A stretch of 64,000 bases of DNA, taken from positions 56,296,001 to 56,360,000 of the forward strand of contig CM059446.1 of NCBI GenBank assembly GCA_030390025.1, read 5' to 3'. The notes below the pieces were generated by a model. The model was not told where the DNA came from, did no database searches, and saw only the letters and a program-made list of their open reading frames with translations. The stretch comes from Squalus acanthias. Its lineage: Eukaryota. Shown piece after piece: positions 24,621 to 38,567 of the stretch (positions within the stretch are counted from its first letter, which is position 1; each line of letters opens with the position of its first letter). A program made the translations under genes and the position numbers.

Positions 24621-25269
24621 GTCTATCATGCAACAATGATTATAGTGGCATTTCACTTCCCACAGCAATTAGTGCCATATATACTGAACACATATTCTGT
24701 CACTTGCTGGCATGTCATGTGGTGAAAGGGACATATGGATTCCTTCCCTCCCACCTTGGGCTGAAACAAAAGCAAAGGAATTCGTCAAACTTAAAAAATA
24801 TATATATATATATGTTCTCCCCTTTTTCACTCCAATTTTCTCCCTTCCTCTCCTGAAAGCTTTTGCCTGGGAACATTTTTTTTCATGAACTAAGCGCCTT
24901 TTTAAGGGTAGCTTCAGGGAAGAAATAACTATTTAAATGGTGATTAAGCCCAGAGTAATTTAGGGGTAAAAAAAAATACATTCTATTTACTGAGTTTTCC
25001 CGTGGAGTACTGTATAATCTCCATTTTGTTGGTACTGGAGAAACGCCTTTAAGCACTTCACATACAACAAATTACTTTGCAGTGAAATAACTTCTTATGT
25101 AGGCAAAAGGATAATTTTCAGGGCCTGTCTGATTCTCATCATTTCTGTTAATATGATCAGGCTCACAAATCACTTAAGAAACAGATGTGAGGAACCTCTT
25201 GGCCTCATTCGCTGCTGGATGCTAAAAATGCATGAGATTAGGGTTCTATAAACAAATTATTCACGTGGG

Positions 25270-25580
25270 ATTTTTCAAAAAGTGCACTGTGCTCCATCCT
25301 CTTCCACTTCTTGACAATGAGTACCCACGGGCTATTCAATCACAGGAATCATCACAGCTGTGCTGGATCCTGTCCGCACCAGACGACCCTACGCACTTGT
25401 GGGTCTCTAGCTATCAGGAGCAGGCATGCTGGCTGATTTCCCCCCTCTAATATACCAGGGACACAGAGGATAATGGTGTTCTCCAACTGCTGCCACAGCT
25501 GAAATCTGATAACATCAAACCTGGGGCCTGCCTGGACTATATAGTCCAGCTCTACATCACATGGAACATTTATCCATTAA
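25270..25580 (-). mobile_element. AmnSINE2-like SINE, diverged
   Basis: Colinear with other copies. Confidence 0.5.
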
Positions 25581-26899
25581 GAGAATAGTTTGACTTTTCC
25601 AAATCACATCTCCTAAAACTCTCATATTGCTCAAACATGGCTTGCTGTTTCTTTTAGATCATAGTTAAAACCGTAATGTGACCACTGCTCTTCAGCAGCA
25701 GGCTGTAACTTGGTGCAGTTTATTAATGTTGCTCCCGTCCATGTGGGAAAGCTCCTAGTCTCTACTTTTCTTACTCTCCCCAACGGCCCACCCAATATTG
25801 GAAACTGCCCATGTGGAGAAATCATGATACACAGACCCTGTTCTAACCATGCGGTCCCATCCACCTTTTCATCAGATTGTTAAGACTTTACATTTTTAAT
25901 TATAAACTTTGATCCCCATTTTAATAACCTGAATGCTTATGGATCAATCACATTTCTAGTAGCAGTTTACCTGCATAACTGTCAATCCATTTTATAAGTA
26001 ATTAATTGTATGGAAAGCACTTTGAGATGTTTGAGACATGATAAAGTGCTACATAAATGTAAGTCTTTCTTTTAAATGCTCTGGTTTCAAGAATCTTGGC
26101 ACAGCACAGTAAGAGGAAACATATTTACAGGACTAGTTTTCACTATGGTCTGAACACTGTACAAAATTAGCAACAGAATTCTTGGTTTATAATGAGATTT
26201 GCTGTCTGATCTGGTCTCAAAGCTTCCATTATACCAGGCTTCCTCTTCTGCATAGAAATGCTGTGTGAAGGAAGATACTTGGGCAAGAGTATATAAAGTA
26301 ATGTCAAGGATGAATTGGCATTCTAGAGTTCTTATCGATTAAACCTTTGGGAGTGCAAGGATAAACTTTGCAGAACCTTTGCTTAGGAGTCTAAATGGGC
26401 CGGGTAGAATCTATGATGAGTGATTGTACATGGTATGCAGAAGGAATAAGCTTGATAACATGGTACAAGAAAAGGCCATTTGGCCTATGCGTTAAAGCTT
26501 TGCCTTTTAATTATTCGGATTTCAATTTCATTCTCCCAAACTAGTTTTCAAATATGGCAAATTAAACAAAGCTTGGATTCATACTGGGATAACACCAGCA
26601 CAGCATCTGCAAACTTGTAACAGGATGGATTCACAGTAATACATGTCCCTGGCAACCAATTCAAAATGTTTCATACTGAGCAATGTACACCAGATCTCAG
26701 CAAATGCCAGTTTAATTGAGGCATTAAACTACCAGTATATAAGGTGGTACAAATACTGCAGGGTTGGGTAAAATGGTACAGAATTACAGCTCGCTAGATA
26801 ACCTTTTCCATGCTCGTAGGATTCTGCTGGTGCCTGTTTTGGTATCCTACTGTGCAATGAGACTGTTGTTAGCTACATTGCCAGGCCATATGACTCTAC

Positions 26900-27721
26900 G
26901 GGCTGGATTTTCATTGACCCGTGGAGGCGGGTTTGGAGGCGTGTGGGGGGTTAAAGTTGCAGATTCGGGGGTCCCGACCCCATCCCGCCTCCATGCCAGT
27001 TTCGCTAGAGGCGGGTACCCAACCTGTGCTGGGACCCGCCTCCCCGAGGCGGGAAGGGGATTAGTGACAATTAACTGCCTGTTAACAGGCAGTTTTTTGC
27101 CTAATCCCCATTTTGAAAGCTGAAATGTGGGCTTCCTGACAGGTCCCAACCACGCCAAGTTAGTGAGGCGGACCGTGGGTCTGCAGGGGTTGGAGGGGTC
27201 GATATGTCCGGTGGGCAGGTGAGTGATGGGTGCATGTGTGCAGAGGTAAGTATGTAAGGTAAGTGCAAAGTGTGGGAAAAAGTTTTACTTACCTTAACTT
27301 CCTCCTGCAGGTGTCAGCCCTTCAGTTCTCGGGAGTCAGAAATCTCACCGGCACAGAAAGCAGAAAGGCCATGGTGCTGTCAAAAGTTTCAGCCTCTGTT
27401 TTCTGTGCTGGAATGATTTCTAACTCAGCCTGAGAGGAAGGACTCAAATTAGAAGACAAATTGTCAGTGTTTGACAGCTTCACAGAGCTATCAAACGCTG
27501 ATATTTCATCTGTCAAAAGCTCTTGACAGATGAAATGTCAATCTGTGACGTCACCTGTTGCCGGGTGGCCCTTAATTGGCCTGCTGAGCTCGCTGGGCGG
27601 GCTCAACAAGGTCAATCAAGTGAAAATACAGTGGGTTGGCCACAAGTCGATGGAGGCGGGACTACAACCCAAAAAGTGGGAGTCCCGACTCCATCACGTC
27701 CCCAGTATCAAAATCCAGCCC
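26900..27721. mobile_element. PIF/Harbinger-type MITE in the last MAP2K5 intron
   Basis: Perfect 12-bp TIR GGGCTGGATTTT / AAAATCCAGCCC, flanks TAC/TAT, internal 42-bp palindrome at 27499-27540. Confidence 0.75.
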
Positions 27722-30554
27722 TATGATTCTAAGATGACGTTACCTTTAGGACACCTGTCTATTAGAGATGATTCATTATCATCAGTAAGGACAAGGCCAT
27801 ATTGTGAGGAGGAGTAGAAACGTGACATTTTTAAAATCCCAGCATTTGGAGTGGACAGTGATAGTTTAATTACTGTGGTTAAAGCATTGTGTATTGGGTT
27901 TGGACCAGTAGGAAGACACTCTTTAGAAGCCCAAAGAACCACTTGATATACAGGCTGAGATTCACACTCAGAAAGCACAATTAATCTGACATTTTTAAAA
28001 TTTGCATTTGTGAATACAATTTATCAGTACTAAGCCGAATAAATGAAAGCAGAAAAAATTAAGAGATTACCTACAGAAAAAGCAAACAAAAGAAAATAAA
28101 TAAAAAACGTACAGAAAGCAGAGATTGCTGGGGGGCTGTCAGTGAGCAGCTCCACAGGAAATGAAACTGCTCAGCATTTGAGTCAGGAAACTTCCAGGAC
28201 TGCTGTGCACCCCAGGTGGTACTTAAGTTTCCTGACTTTGACACTTCTTGATTGGCATCCAGGTTAGAAAAGGACGATGACCATTACTCCCTATGAAGCT
28301 GCTCAGTAACAAGTTCGTTGGTTGAGTTCAGCTCAGCTACTTCCTACTGAGTGTACAAACTTGAAATGGCTACCCTCCATAGGGAAGGAAAATTAAAACT
28401 TTAAATGTCACCCAGCTAAGTCAGATTTTTGAAGCGACTGTTTTTAATCTTACCTCAATGGGGGTGGCAGGGCACACAGTACATAATGAAAGTAATTGTC
28501 CCTTAATTTACCTTCAATTTATACGGTAATGCAGACAGCCGCAAGAGAAAACAATTAGTACTTTCCTTGCAATTACAGTATCTGGACTGGGTAACTTTGA
28601 AATCAGGAACCGCAGCTTTCTACGCATAATGGCCCACACAGGGAACGCAGCCATTTGAGCACCTGCAGTAGTCAAGACTACAAATGTTATAATGCCTTTA
28701 GCAGCCAAGATAGCACCCTTCACCTCTGGAAATTTAAAGCCAGGTTTGAAAAAACAGTATGGGGTCACGTCTGCTGATTCCTATGAGGGATTTTGACTGT
28801 CTCACTCAAATCCTGGCGGAGTTGGTCTGTAGAAGAAATCTGCAAAAGGTCTCGGCTGAAGACTGTGGGAAAATGAGAATCAGTTGTTACAGTGAAGGCT
28901 GTGTACCTGACCTGAGAAACCTTAATACTGCCACTGGAAACAAAATTCAAATGCTTAATTCTCTCCAGTGTTGTAGAGCCTCACCCAGGAAAAGCAAACA
29001 CAATTAGGTATGTAATAAGTCCAACTAAATAACAGAAGTTGACCTTTTTTAAAACCTTAGTTTACTGAACATGCTTACAAACAAGTGGGGTTTGATAAGC
29101 CGACATTTCTCTTAATGTGAGGCCATTATAAAACAACACCGTAAAAGGTCATGAAGCAAACAGTAAAAGTGTGCTGGTCCATATGTTGAAGCTCAGGAAT
29201 AGTGGAAATTGAAACTGAACTTTGAACACTAATTCTAGTCAAGAAGCTGAACTAGTAATGCCTACCCCTGTGGGTTCTATTTTGCTCTCTCTCACCTCCC
29301 TGCCCCCCCCTCCCTTCACAGCTCTCTCCTTTCTTTTTTGTTTTCTGTTACTCCATTTCCACATGCTCATTTCTTCATCCAAACTATTTAAATTACTTGT
29401 GACCCTCACTACTCCAGTACCCCCCGTTATGTACCAAACAACAAACTGTATCTTATATGGAAGCAGGTCAAAAGGCACACAGGCATGAACTCAATTGCTG
29501 CTATTGCAATTTACATGCCACAGTTGCTGCTGTATCGCTGTAATTTAAACCTGTCACAAATGGTGAGAAGAACCAAAACCAGCCAGCAGAATTTTATTAA
29601 GCATTACTTACACAACAGTAAGTTTTCAAGGCAATCCTTTATTTAATTTGCAAGTTATTCAACACCAAACACAATTGCAGACACATTCAAACAGATGAAC
29701 AGGGAAAGCTTAGTAGTGAGTCTCTTCAGGCTTCAGTAACAATATAAAAATCAGGCGAATTCGGCAAGAAAATGCTATGACACTATATGGACATTCGCTA
29801 GCTGGAATGAGAAGAGGTCAGCAGGAAGGGGCCGAGTCAATGGACTGGAAAGCAGGCCAGAGTGAGTGCCAGCCAGACTAATTTTCTGTGTCAACTTTGA
29901 AAATTAGGTAAACAGTGACAAACCGGCCTCTTAAAATCAACTTGTCAGTTTTCATTTTCTTGAGAAAGGGTAATCTTCGGCTACTGGCAGCCCACAGTGT
30001 TTTCTAATAGAGGTTAAACTTCAAGGCTAACAGCACCCTACACAGGCCATTCAGACATTTAAAAAAAAAATGGGTCGGGTCCTACTTCTGGTCTAACAAA
30101 CCTACAAAAGATCTTCTAAAAACCGATGCAGAAGAATCTATGCCTGTTTTATACTGATTTTAATTATGTTTACCTGTTCTAACAAATTGTGAAATAAAAA
30201 TACCACTATAAACTGATGCACACATACATACTTGCAATCTACAGATTAGGAAGGCTTGCCCCTAAACTGAGTGTGTCACATTTCAAGACCACTTTACTGT
30301 CCAACCTCACAATTTTTCTGCAAACATTTTTACTCCTGAAAGCATACAAATAATGTGACGTACATTGAAATATCTGGGTCAGAACAAGGTTACACTCCAC
30401 AAATAAGAAAAAAAAGCAAGCATCGATTGCCATTATGTTCTGTGGACTGAGTGATCAAATGTTCCTCATAAATTTGATAGTGACCTCCAGTTTTCTTAGC
30501 CTCTATAAATCCCTCAAATTCTCTTGCTTCACAGTAACAAATACTTTCTTTTAT

Positions 30555-30890
30555 GACTTTTTCCCCCTCTTCTGAAGGCACTGACTCATGTTGGGTATAG
30601 TCCAAGTGGCTATTCTTCAAGTACGGGTTTAGTCAGTGTTGACAGGATATTCAACCACTGGGGGCTTCACAAGTGACTCCAATTCTCTTTTCAACTAAGC
30701 CCACACGCTTTGCAGAACAGAATTACTTTATAGGGACCAGGAGCAGGAACCCTTGATGATTTTTTCCCTCTCCCTAGCCTGGAGAGCTGAGGTTAATTGT
30801 AGTGCTCTGCACAGAGTGGGAATCAAACCTGAGATGGCTGTATGACTCAATGCAATACTTTACCCCACCATGCTACTGGTGGGGAGCTGC
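30555..30890 (-). mobile_element. AmnSINE2-like SINE
   Basis: Colinear with other copies. Confidence 0.6.
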
Positions 30891-32229
30891 AATGAAATGA
30901 ATCACTCCCCTCCCAAGTTTAATATTATTGAGTGAAATTACCAAATATATCACTTCAGCACTTTGAGTGGTATGTTTACATTAAGTTCACACACTACACA
31001 CTTATGGCAAAGGGACAGATGAATAGGATGCTTTACTAAAGAAAATAATTCTTACTATAAAAAAACTCTTGTTTTTTTTTAAAGAGACAGCATGTTTCTA
31101 GTTTCTTTTAAATACAGCATTCAAAATACTGATCATCAGAGTGTGATATGAAGAGAGTAGTACATGACATAATGCATTGGGACCTTGGGCACACTGTGGA
31201 AAGCCCTCACACACATAAGTGTAATGAACCCATGGTCCAAAAACATTACACTGTACATTAGCCTATCATTAATGGCACATTAGGACTGGGGGCATAGCAT
31301 GCTTCCTGGTCAGGGTTTCATCAGGACAACACAAAATCTCAGAAGCTCTTAAAGGAACTTTAAAGAGAATAACATTGGGACGTTTCCATTTTGAAGAGTC
31401 TGATTATACGGTCTTACAGCACTAGATGTGAAATTGGAATCAAATCCTCTTATGCGGTATTATATGGCAATTTAAGTCAGTCTGATCTGGGTGATATTCC
31501 ACATTTGTAAAGGCTTCCACAGCAGCAGAGTATTTTTTTTTAATTACAGAATTCACTGATAATGTTGCATTCTATTATTAGTACAAGTTCGGCAGACCCT
31601 GCTCATTCTCCCTCCAAATCAATTACATTTGTGAAGAGTCACAAGGTGTAGAGCTGCAAGTGTTGGGGTAATGGCTGGTAGAAAGAACAGAGTATAGTGG
31701 CGCAAAAATAATTTTTTGCTGAACATTTAAATGTCAGGGTGGATTCACCCCAACTCCATCCTACCCTGCAGCAATTTTCACAGAAACAGGGTTCCCAAAA
31801 ACAGTCCATATTTTACAGTTATACAAAATAAAATTCCTTTGAAAACACATTGTGGTTCTTCAAAACAATGGCAGTATACAGGCCTGTCTCCTAAATCCCA
31901 ATGAGTTCCTGATCTCAGCCATGATATCAGTGAACCCGGAGCTGCTCTGTTTTACCATTGGTGGCCTATTACTTATATCTTGAAATTATGCTAGAATATG
32001 GATGCTTAACACATTTGCATGAAATAAAGTGGTTAGCATAGGGGACAATGGAATTTCATATGACCCTGTTATGTGCTTGTATGCACATTTCCACAACACA
32101 ATTTCAAAGCCATGGGGAAAGTGACAGGGGTGATGGGGATAATTTTCCAACTGTGCACTCCTGGTGGGAAGCCTCTCCAGCAGGCTGCACATTACGGAAA
32201 TTCAGGTGTGTGTTGCGGATGCTTTTTCG

Positions 32230-32580
32230 ACTATGTGGAGTATCACAGCTGATCCTGTCCTCTCTTAGTGAACACACACGGGTTACAATTGGCCACAGCA
32301 TCCCTGGGCTAGAGAGGGTGACAGGAAAAAAAAAATAGGCAGGGCCCCTGCTGGAAATGCTCCGGTGAAGATCAGTGTTGAACAGGATTAGGATAAGGTT
32401 CAGGCTCAGCAGTAGCGCCCCATCCACTTCCAAGTTGAGCAGCTTGGTGGCACTCGCTGTTTATGGTTGTATAGGAAAAATTGGCATTTGGGTAAGGTAC
32501 CAAAGGTTGACTGGTGCCTGTGAAACTGTACCCTAGCTAAAGTCAGCAGCTTGAGGGGAGCAGGAGAGAAATATGGTGCA
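32230..32580 (+). mobile_element. AmnSINE2-like SINE
   Basis: tacaattggccacagcatccctgggctagagagg...cccctgctggaaa motifs. Confidence 0.6.
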
Positions 32581-33894
32581 GGAAATTAAAATTCATCTGT
32601 GACTTTAAAAATCGTTACCATAAGTTGCCATACTGAATTAAATTAAAACTGGCAATAAAAAGCAGAAATAAGTACATTGGATCGTTTTAAAAGACTGGTT
32701 TCTGATATGATATTCTGTTGGCAAGGGGAAACCCAAGATAATTATTGGGGCAGGGGTCCAGATTAAACAAGTTTACGTATCTGGGGTGGAAAGAGGAAGG
32801 AAAATAACATGAGTAGTATTCAACAATTATATCGCAATGATCCACTGGGATCTTTAAGGCTGTTATTTTATCTCCAACAAATCATATTTCAACAATCTTA
32901 CAGAAAATATTGACAGGAATGGACTGTGAAAAAGGAGGAGAGCTGCCAGTCTAGTCTAGTCTACTCCTGAAATGAATTCAGAAAGGAGGTGCCTATTTGG
33001 CAAATATTGGAACACTCAAAAATCTCTCAACCTCCATCAGATGACTGCTGAAACAGTAGCAATGCTGTGATTGGCTATCATGATGAGGTAAAACCTCAGG
33101 GACTGTTGTTACTAGGACTTCAGTAAAGTTTAATAGTGGGTCTGTGAAATTGTTGTACTCTTGCTTACTTGAACTGTGGAAACGCCTAGCAGTACAATGT
33201 TGCCTTTCCAAACTTGGGTTGTGTCTGAAGAAAGCATGTTGAGCTCTATAAATCTAGGGCGAAGTACTGTTAACAATAGGTTTGTTACCTGTGCTGGTTA
33301 AGTAGCAGAAGCAATTTAAGACAGCGAATTACCAGCATCAGCACAGCACGAAGTGTGATTTGTTTTTCTCTAGCATATTGATAAAAGTCTTGTATCCAGC
33401 ACATTATACTTCAAAGTGTCACACTTTTTTAAAAAACAGATGCAAAGTAATCTTAAAGGAAAAAAAGTTCCAGTCATTTCATGCTGGTTTTTCTGAAATG
33501 GATCCAGAAATTTACATTGCTCTCTAATTTAAAAGCTATTATAATTATCTGGATCTACCTGTTTAGTTCACTTCCCTACAGTACTGGAGCAGTGGTCTTA
33601 AAGGGCCAAGCCTGGTTAAACAATGTTCTATCCCAGCAGATAAACATTGCAATTGTGCTCCAGACTACCCATGAGCAATACCATGGGATTTCTAGTAATA
33701 TGTCAAATAAGCCTAGTGACCACGCTGCTAGGTATACTTATTCTGAAAATTAATTTCAACCATTCTCTCTGTGGACTTATTCCTGATGCAACTGCAACCA
33801 ATTCATTTTTAGGATTAATTTCAGTTTATTTACTTTATTTCAAAATGAAACCATTAAACAGAGCATATGTGAAAGACAACAACAACTTGCATTT

Positions 33895-34270
33895 AATTTT
33901 TTTATTCATTGGATGTGAATGTTGCCGGCAAGACCAGCATTTACTGCCCATCCCTAATTGACCTCAAGAAGGTAGTGCTGAGCCACCTTCTTGAATACAA
34001 CGGAGTGACTTGAATACAACTGAGCTAGGCCATTTCAGAGGGCAGTTAATAGTCAACCACATTGCTGTGGGTCTGGAGTCACATATAGGCCAGACCGGGT
34101 AAAGATGGCAGATTTCCTTCCCTAATAGTCACCATTACTGATACTAGCTTTTTATTCCAGATTTATATAACCTGGCTGCCGTGAAGGGATTTGAACTCAT
34201 GTCTCTGGATCATTAGTCCAGGCCTCTGGATTACTAGTCCAGTAACATAACCACTATACTACCGTACCCC
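33895..34270 (-). mobile_element. tRNA-derived shark SINE with a LINE-type tail
   Basis: Box B-like GAGTTCAAATCC at the head; tail CAATTAGGGATGGGCA.TAAATGCTGG also seen at 55270-55345 and 55870-55945; diverged copy at 46095-46450. Confidence 0.7.
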
Positions 34271-35409
34271 TTTAACTTAGTAAAATGTCCCAAGACCCAG
34301 GATAATCTACCAGCAAAAATGAATGACAAAGCATGCATCAAGGTCTTCTGCCCAAACTAGCATTTATGCCAAAAAAATCACTGGCAAAGGTAAAACCCGA
34401 ATATACACACGCCTCATCTTTCTTTTAATCATACTTCATTAACATGCTTAGATGGGAGACTTAATTTAGGTGATGAGAATTTAATAGCATATTCACACTG
34501 CTGGTACTGGTGTGACACCAGCAGTTTACAATCATGTATTTCTACTCTCCTTTCAATACACAGTGCCGTGAGGGATGAAGATTGCCAGTACCACAACTGC
34601 ACTCACGTTCACAGATGCAGGCAAGGTGGCTGGGGTCTGGTGCTTACAGGCTATATTCACACTGTAGCCATTGCACTGTGGCACTGGCGCGAGATTCAGG
34701 TGCTCTAACTACAAGAACAAATCCTGAGATTGCTGCTTATTTGTTGTGTTAATGCTACCTTTATAAGGGCACTCCCAAGAGATTTTTAGTTTAAAAATAC
34801 TCAGAAGTTTTACAAAAGGTGAAGGCAATGCAGCTTACTTATTGAAAAAATATTGCTATATTTATGAATGCCATTAAAAGATCACCTTTGTCTCAAGAGA
34901 TCTAAATCTTTATGTCTAGTTCACGGGGAAGAAAGCAAGGATACGTCTCTTTAGACCACTGCTGTGTACAAATAAAAGCTTAAATAAAAGTGACAAATAA
35001 CACCATTAGGCTTAGTTTTAGGTCATTATCTCATTTAATTTAATATTTAAATCAATGTTCTCATTTCATTTAATATACCCCATTGCATACAACAAGCATT
35101 AAAGTATATCAGCACCATGATACTCTCAAGTATAACAATAGAATTAGCTGGCTAGGGATATTACAGCTATTCTTAATTGGTCTCAGCCAGTAATAGTTTT
35201 CCACTCTAAAATTAATATAAGCAATTTTAAATAACTCTACTTATGATTAATAAGCTCGAAAATTAAAAAGAGTCTAAAGCAATTACAGAGTACTTTTGGT
35301 CAAGACCTCATTAGGAGAAGTAGCAAGGATATAGCATTAGAATATATAAAAGACAGATTTTAGGTTATTTTGCTGAAGACAAATATACATCCTCAAAAAC
35401 TGCACCGAC

Positions 35410-35626
35410 ATTTCAAGAATAGGTCATTGTTAAAGAGATGCCCACCTACATTTGCATGTTAATTATTTCATCCCAACGGTGATGAGGGTCAGAGGAAAAT
35501 TGCGCCAATATAAAAGCCGTCAGTCGAACGTTTGCTCTGGCTTCAACAAAGCACGCAAGTAACTTAAACCGTTAAAAAAAGGTGTTAAACAAGTTTATTG
35601 GTTCAACTACATCACAAATTAAGTAC
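35410..35626 (+). repeat. 217-bp unique segment, source copy of a local duplication
   Basis: Matches 36913-37128 except one substitution and one A in a homopolymer. Confidence 0.95.
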
Positions 35627-36877
35627 CTTGTTAATTAATCCCCTCTTCAATAGTAGGAGAGAAACTCATGTGCTAGGAGTTCATTGACACAGGCATGTAC
35701 GTGAATGAAAGACAGATTTCACAGTTGGCCTAATCCTTTTTTTATTGATTACATGCTTAGATTTTGTGCAGAAGTGCCTGAATGCCTTGGCTGGTGAGCG
35801 AGCACATTAGCACATTTATGAAGTCCATGTTGCAAAGGAAAAATTAATATTAGCAACTGGTGCAATCTGCCTGGGTCTAAGTTGATTGAAATGAATTGAA
35901 ATTCTTGTCAAACTCATTTGAACACAGGAGCACTACATGGACAATTAGTTCCTCCATATGAATACTGAACAAACACCGGCCTGGCGACTGCTTTAAGACA
36001 GTTTACCTACTGTGTCGAGTAGGAAAATAACCAAAAGCAGTCTCTATGAAATATTTAACTTCCCAGTTATCACAGGGGTTCGACCAACTAAACAAGACAA
36101 AAATCGATTCCTTGGGTCCCTTGAATCAATTCTTAAAATGATTAAAGCATCTGTTTCGGTATGAATTTGTTTACTCGATCAGCTTCCCCCCTAATTGCAG
36201 TTGTTTATCTCCTAGCATCCCCGAGGCCATAATCTCCATCTCACTAATACTTAACACTCAATTCACATCTAAAGCTCCTTCTAATTCTCAACAGGTTTTT
36301 TTGAGGGGGTGGGCTCTTAAAATTATTGAAGCCAAGAAACCAAATAGGCACAGTCCCTTTGTCAGAAATATTTTCTTATCTACTAGCAGCTGGGCACAAT
36401 CATCACTAGGGGATGGTGACAACAAAGGTGCTAAAAGGCTTTTTCACAATGATTACTGCTCCATTGGGGATTTAGGGGAGAAAAGACAGAAAAAGAGAGA
36501 GAGAATCAGACAGAAAGTGAAAGGTAAAACAAGAGAAAGCTTTGATGGAGGTAAATTTATACTATTGAGCTTGGGCAGCTGGCTAAGGCAAGTAACTGCA
36601 GGCACTTTTACATTATATGAATCCAGCCGGCCGCAGATATGCTATCTGTCAGCTGTGCTCATATTCTGTAAACGAGCCCAGCTCCCGTATCCCAATGGCA
36701 TCATAGCCCTATAAAAAGGCGGATGTACTATTCTGCTATTGGGTTAAGGGAGACACTTTTAGTGAGGGTGGAGGACTATCACTTCATGTGTTTGCCGATC
36801 TGTAAGGCTTTGTATAAAAATGGCCCCAGTGCTCTTATGGTGCTCGGTCCCTAGTCTGAGTGTAGAAGTGGGAGTGG

Positions 36878-36912
<35 letters not shown>

Positions 36913-36918
<6 letters not shown>

Positions 36919-37128
36919 AGAATAGGTCATTGTTAAAGAGATGCCCACCTACATTTGCATGTTAATTATTTCATCCCAACGGTGATGAGGGTCAGAGGAA
37001 AATTGCGCCAATATAAAAGCCGTCAGTCGAACGTTTGCTCTGGCTTCAACAAAGCAGGCAAGTAACTTAAACCGTTAAAAAAGGTGTTAAACAAGTTTAT
37101 TGGTTCAACTACATCACAAATTAAGTAC
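36913..37128 (+). repeat. Duplicate copy embedded in a (TA)n tract
   Basis: Preceded by (TA)n 36880-36912 and followed by AATATATAAATATGTATAATATA. Confidence 0.95.
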
Positions 37129-37222
37129 AATATATAAATATGTATAATATAAATGTGCCTTAGCACATTACGAGAAATTAAAATCAGGATCTCTCCAGGT
37201 TTTCAACAATTTTAATTTCAGG

Positions 37223-37320
37223 AATTCTGGATAAACATGCAAGAAAAGAAATATAATTTATTTACCTGAAAAATTCTGGATAAACATGCAATAAAAGAAA
37301 TATAATTTATTTACCTGAAA
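37223..37320 (+). repeat. 49-bp tandem duplication (2 copies)
   Basis: AATTCTGGATAAACATGCAA(G/T)AAAAGAAATATAATTTATTTACCTGAAA twice, one mismatch. Confidence 0.95.
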
Positions 37321-37809
37321 CCTAGAAGAAATTTAAAAAGCAACCCCCCCCCCCACCCAAGTGCAATACTTTTATATCCATATTTCTTAATTGTCGAATT
37401 CACCCTAAGCTAAAACAAATTACGTACCAAAAAGGGGGGGAAAAAATCAACTTTAGGAAGTTTTATCATTTTTAAATCACAAGGGGTAATGTGACACAAA
37501 ATAAGGCACGATAAGTTTTTAATAACTCAATTTTTTTTAAAAGATTGAAAACATATGCAAGAGAGAGTATTTAATAAAAATGACACCATATTTGAAAAAT
37601 GAAGTGTTGCCATATTTCTTAACAAATTCATCCCCAAATGATCGTCAAGTCTTAAAAGGTCACGGCCTCAAGCCTGCATGCTAGGCTTAGGAGGCAGTGA
37701 CTACTTGTTTAGTAACCACTCTGCCAAAAATGATAATGTGCAGATTACAATCCTCAATTACACAAAAGTTATAGTTTAAGGTTACTTTAATAAACCTAAG
37801 GTCTTTCTG

Positions 37810-38060
37810 TGGCTAATCCTGATCTTACAATCCACAATCATACTTTTCAGCAGAAGTCACTGGATTGCAATCAGAAGCAGAATCCTTGCCTAATTTTTCT
37901 AGCCTAGTCCAGAGATTGCAGAGGCCAACTGCTGCACCACGGCTGCTGCTCTACTGGGATCAGCTAACTGAGCACAGACCAGGAATCAAACCTGGGGAAT
38001 TCTGATCTGTATGGCTTAGTACTACATTGGGAAGTGCCTTTGCCTAGTAAGGCATTGGGG
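37810..38060 (-). mobile_element. AmnSINE2-like SINE 5' part
   Basis: gatcagctaactgagcacagaccaggaatcaaacc hallmark. Confidence 0.6.
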
Positions 38061-38567
38061 TAGTCTACCCTAAACTAGTTCGATACAGTGTTGTCATCTC
38101 AGTAAAAACAAATTCAATGATGTATTGGAGATTCAGTAAGTGGAACGATAGCACATTGGACTTTCTAATTCAAATCACACTCATCTAGAGACCCCAAGCT
38201 GGAATTCAAGCTTAGCACTAAGAGTTACTGCTATGGGATTCCTATCTCAGTTATACTAAACTTAGAGTACAAGTTGGAAATTCTTGTATAGTTATATTGG
38301 CTTTGCTGCAATATATGCAAATTGCATGGCACATGTTGATCAGGCAATGGTATAATGAAGTGCATGGGAATGCATAATGTATTCTGTGGCATGAAATTTG
38401 CAGTCCAAATTGACTTGCAGTTATACTGCAGATAATGGCCAAATCCCTGCTCTGGTCTTGACAATTATAGGAGCTGAAATGGTTCTACTGCAGTATGGGA
38501 AACAGATTTGAGAGACACTGTGGTTTCAAAAATGCTGTATAAACAAGGCAAAAGAAGGTTCTCTGAA

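Noticed and set aside
28181-28237. 13-bp inverted repeat AGTCAGGAAACTT / AAGTTTCCTGACT
   Set aside because: Probably the internal palindrome of a decayed MITE; nothing supports a structured RNA.
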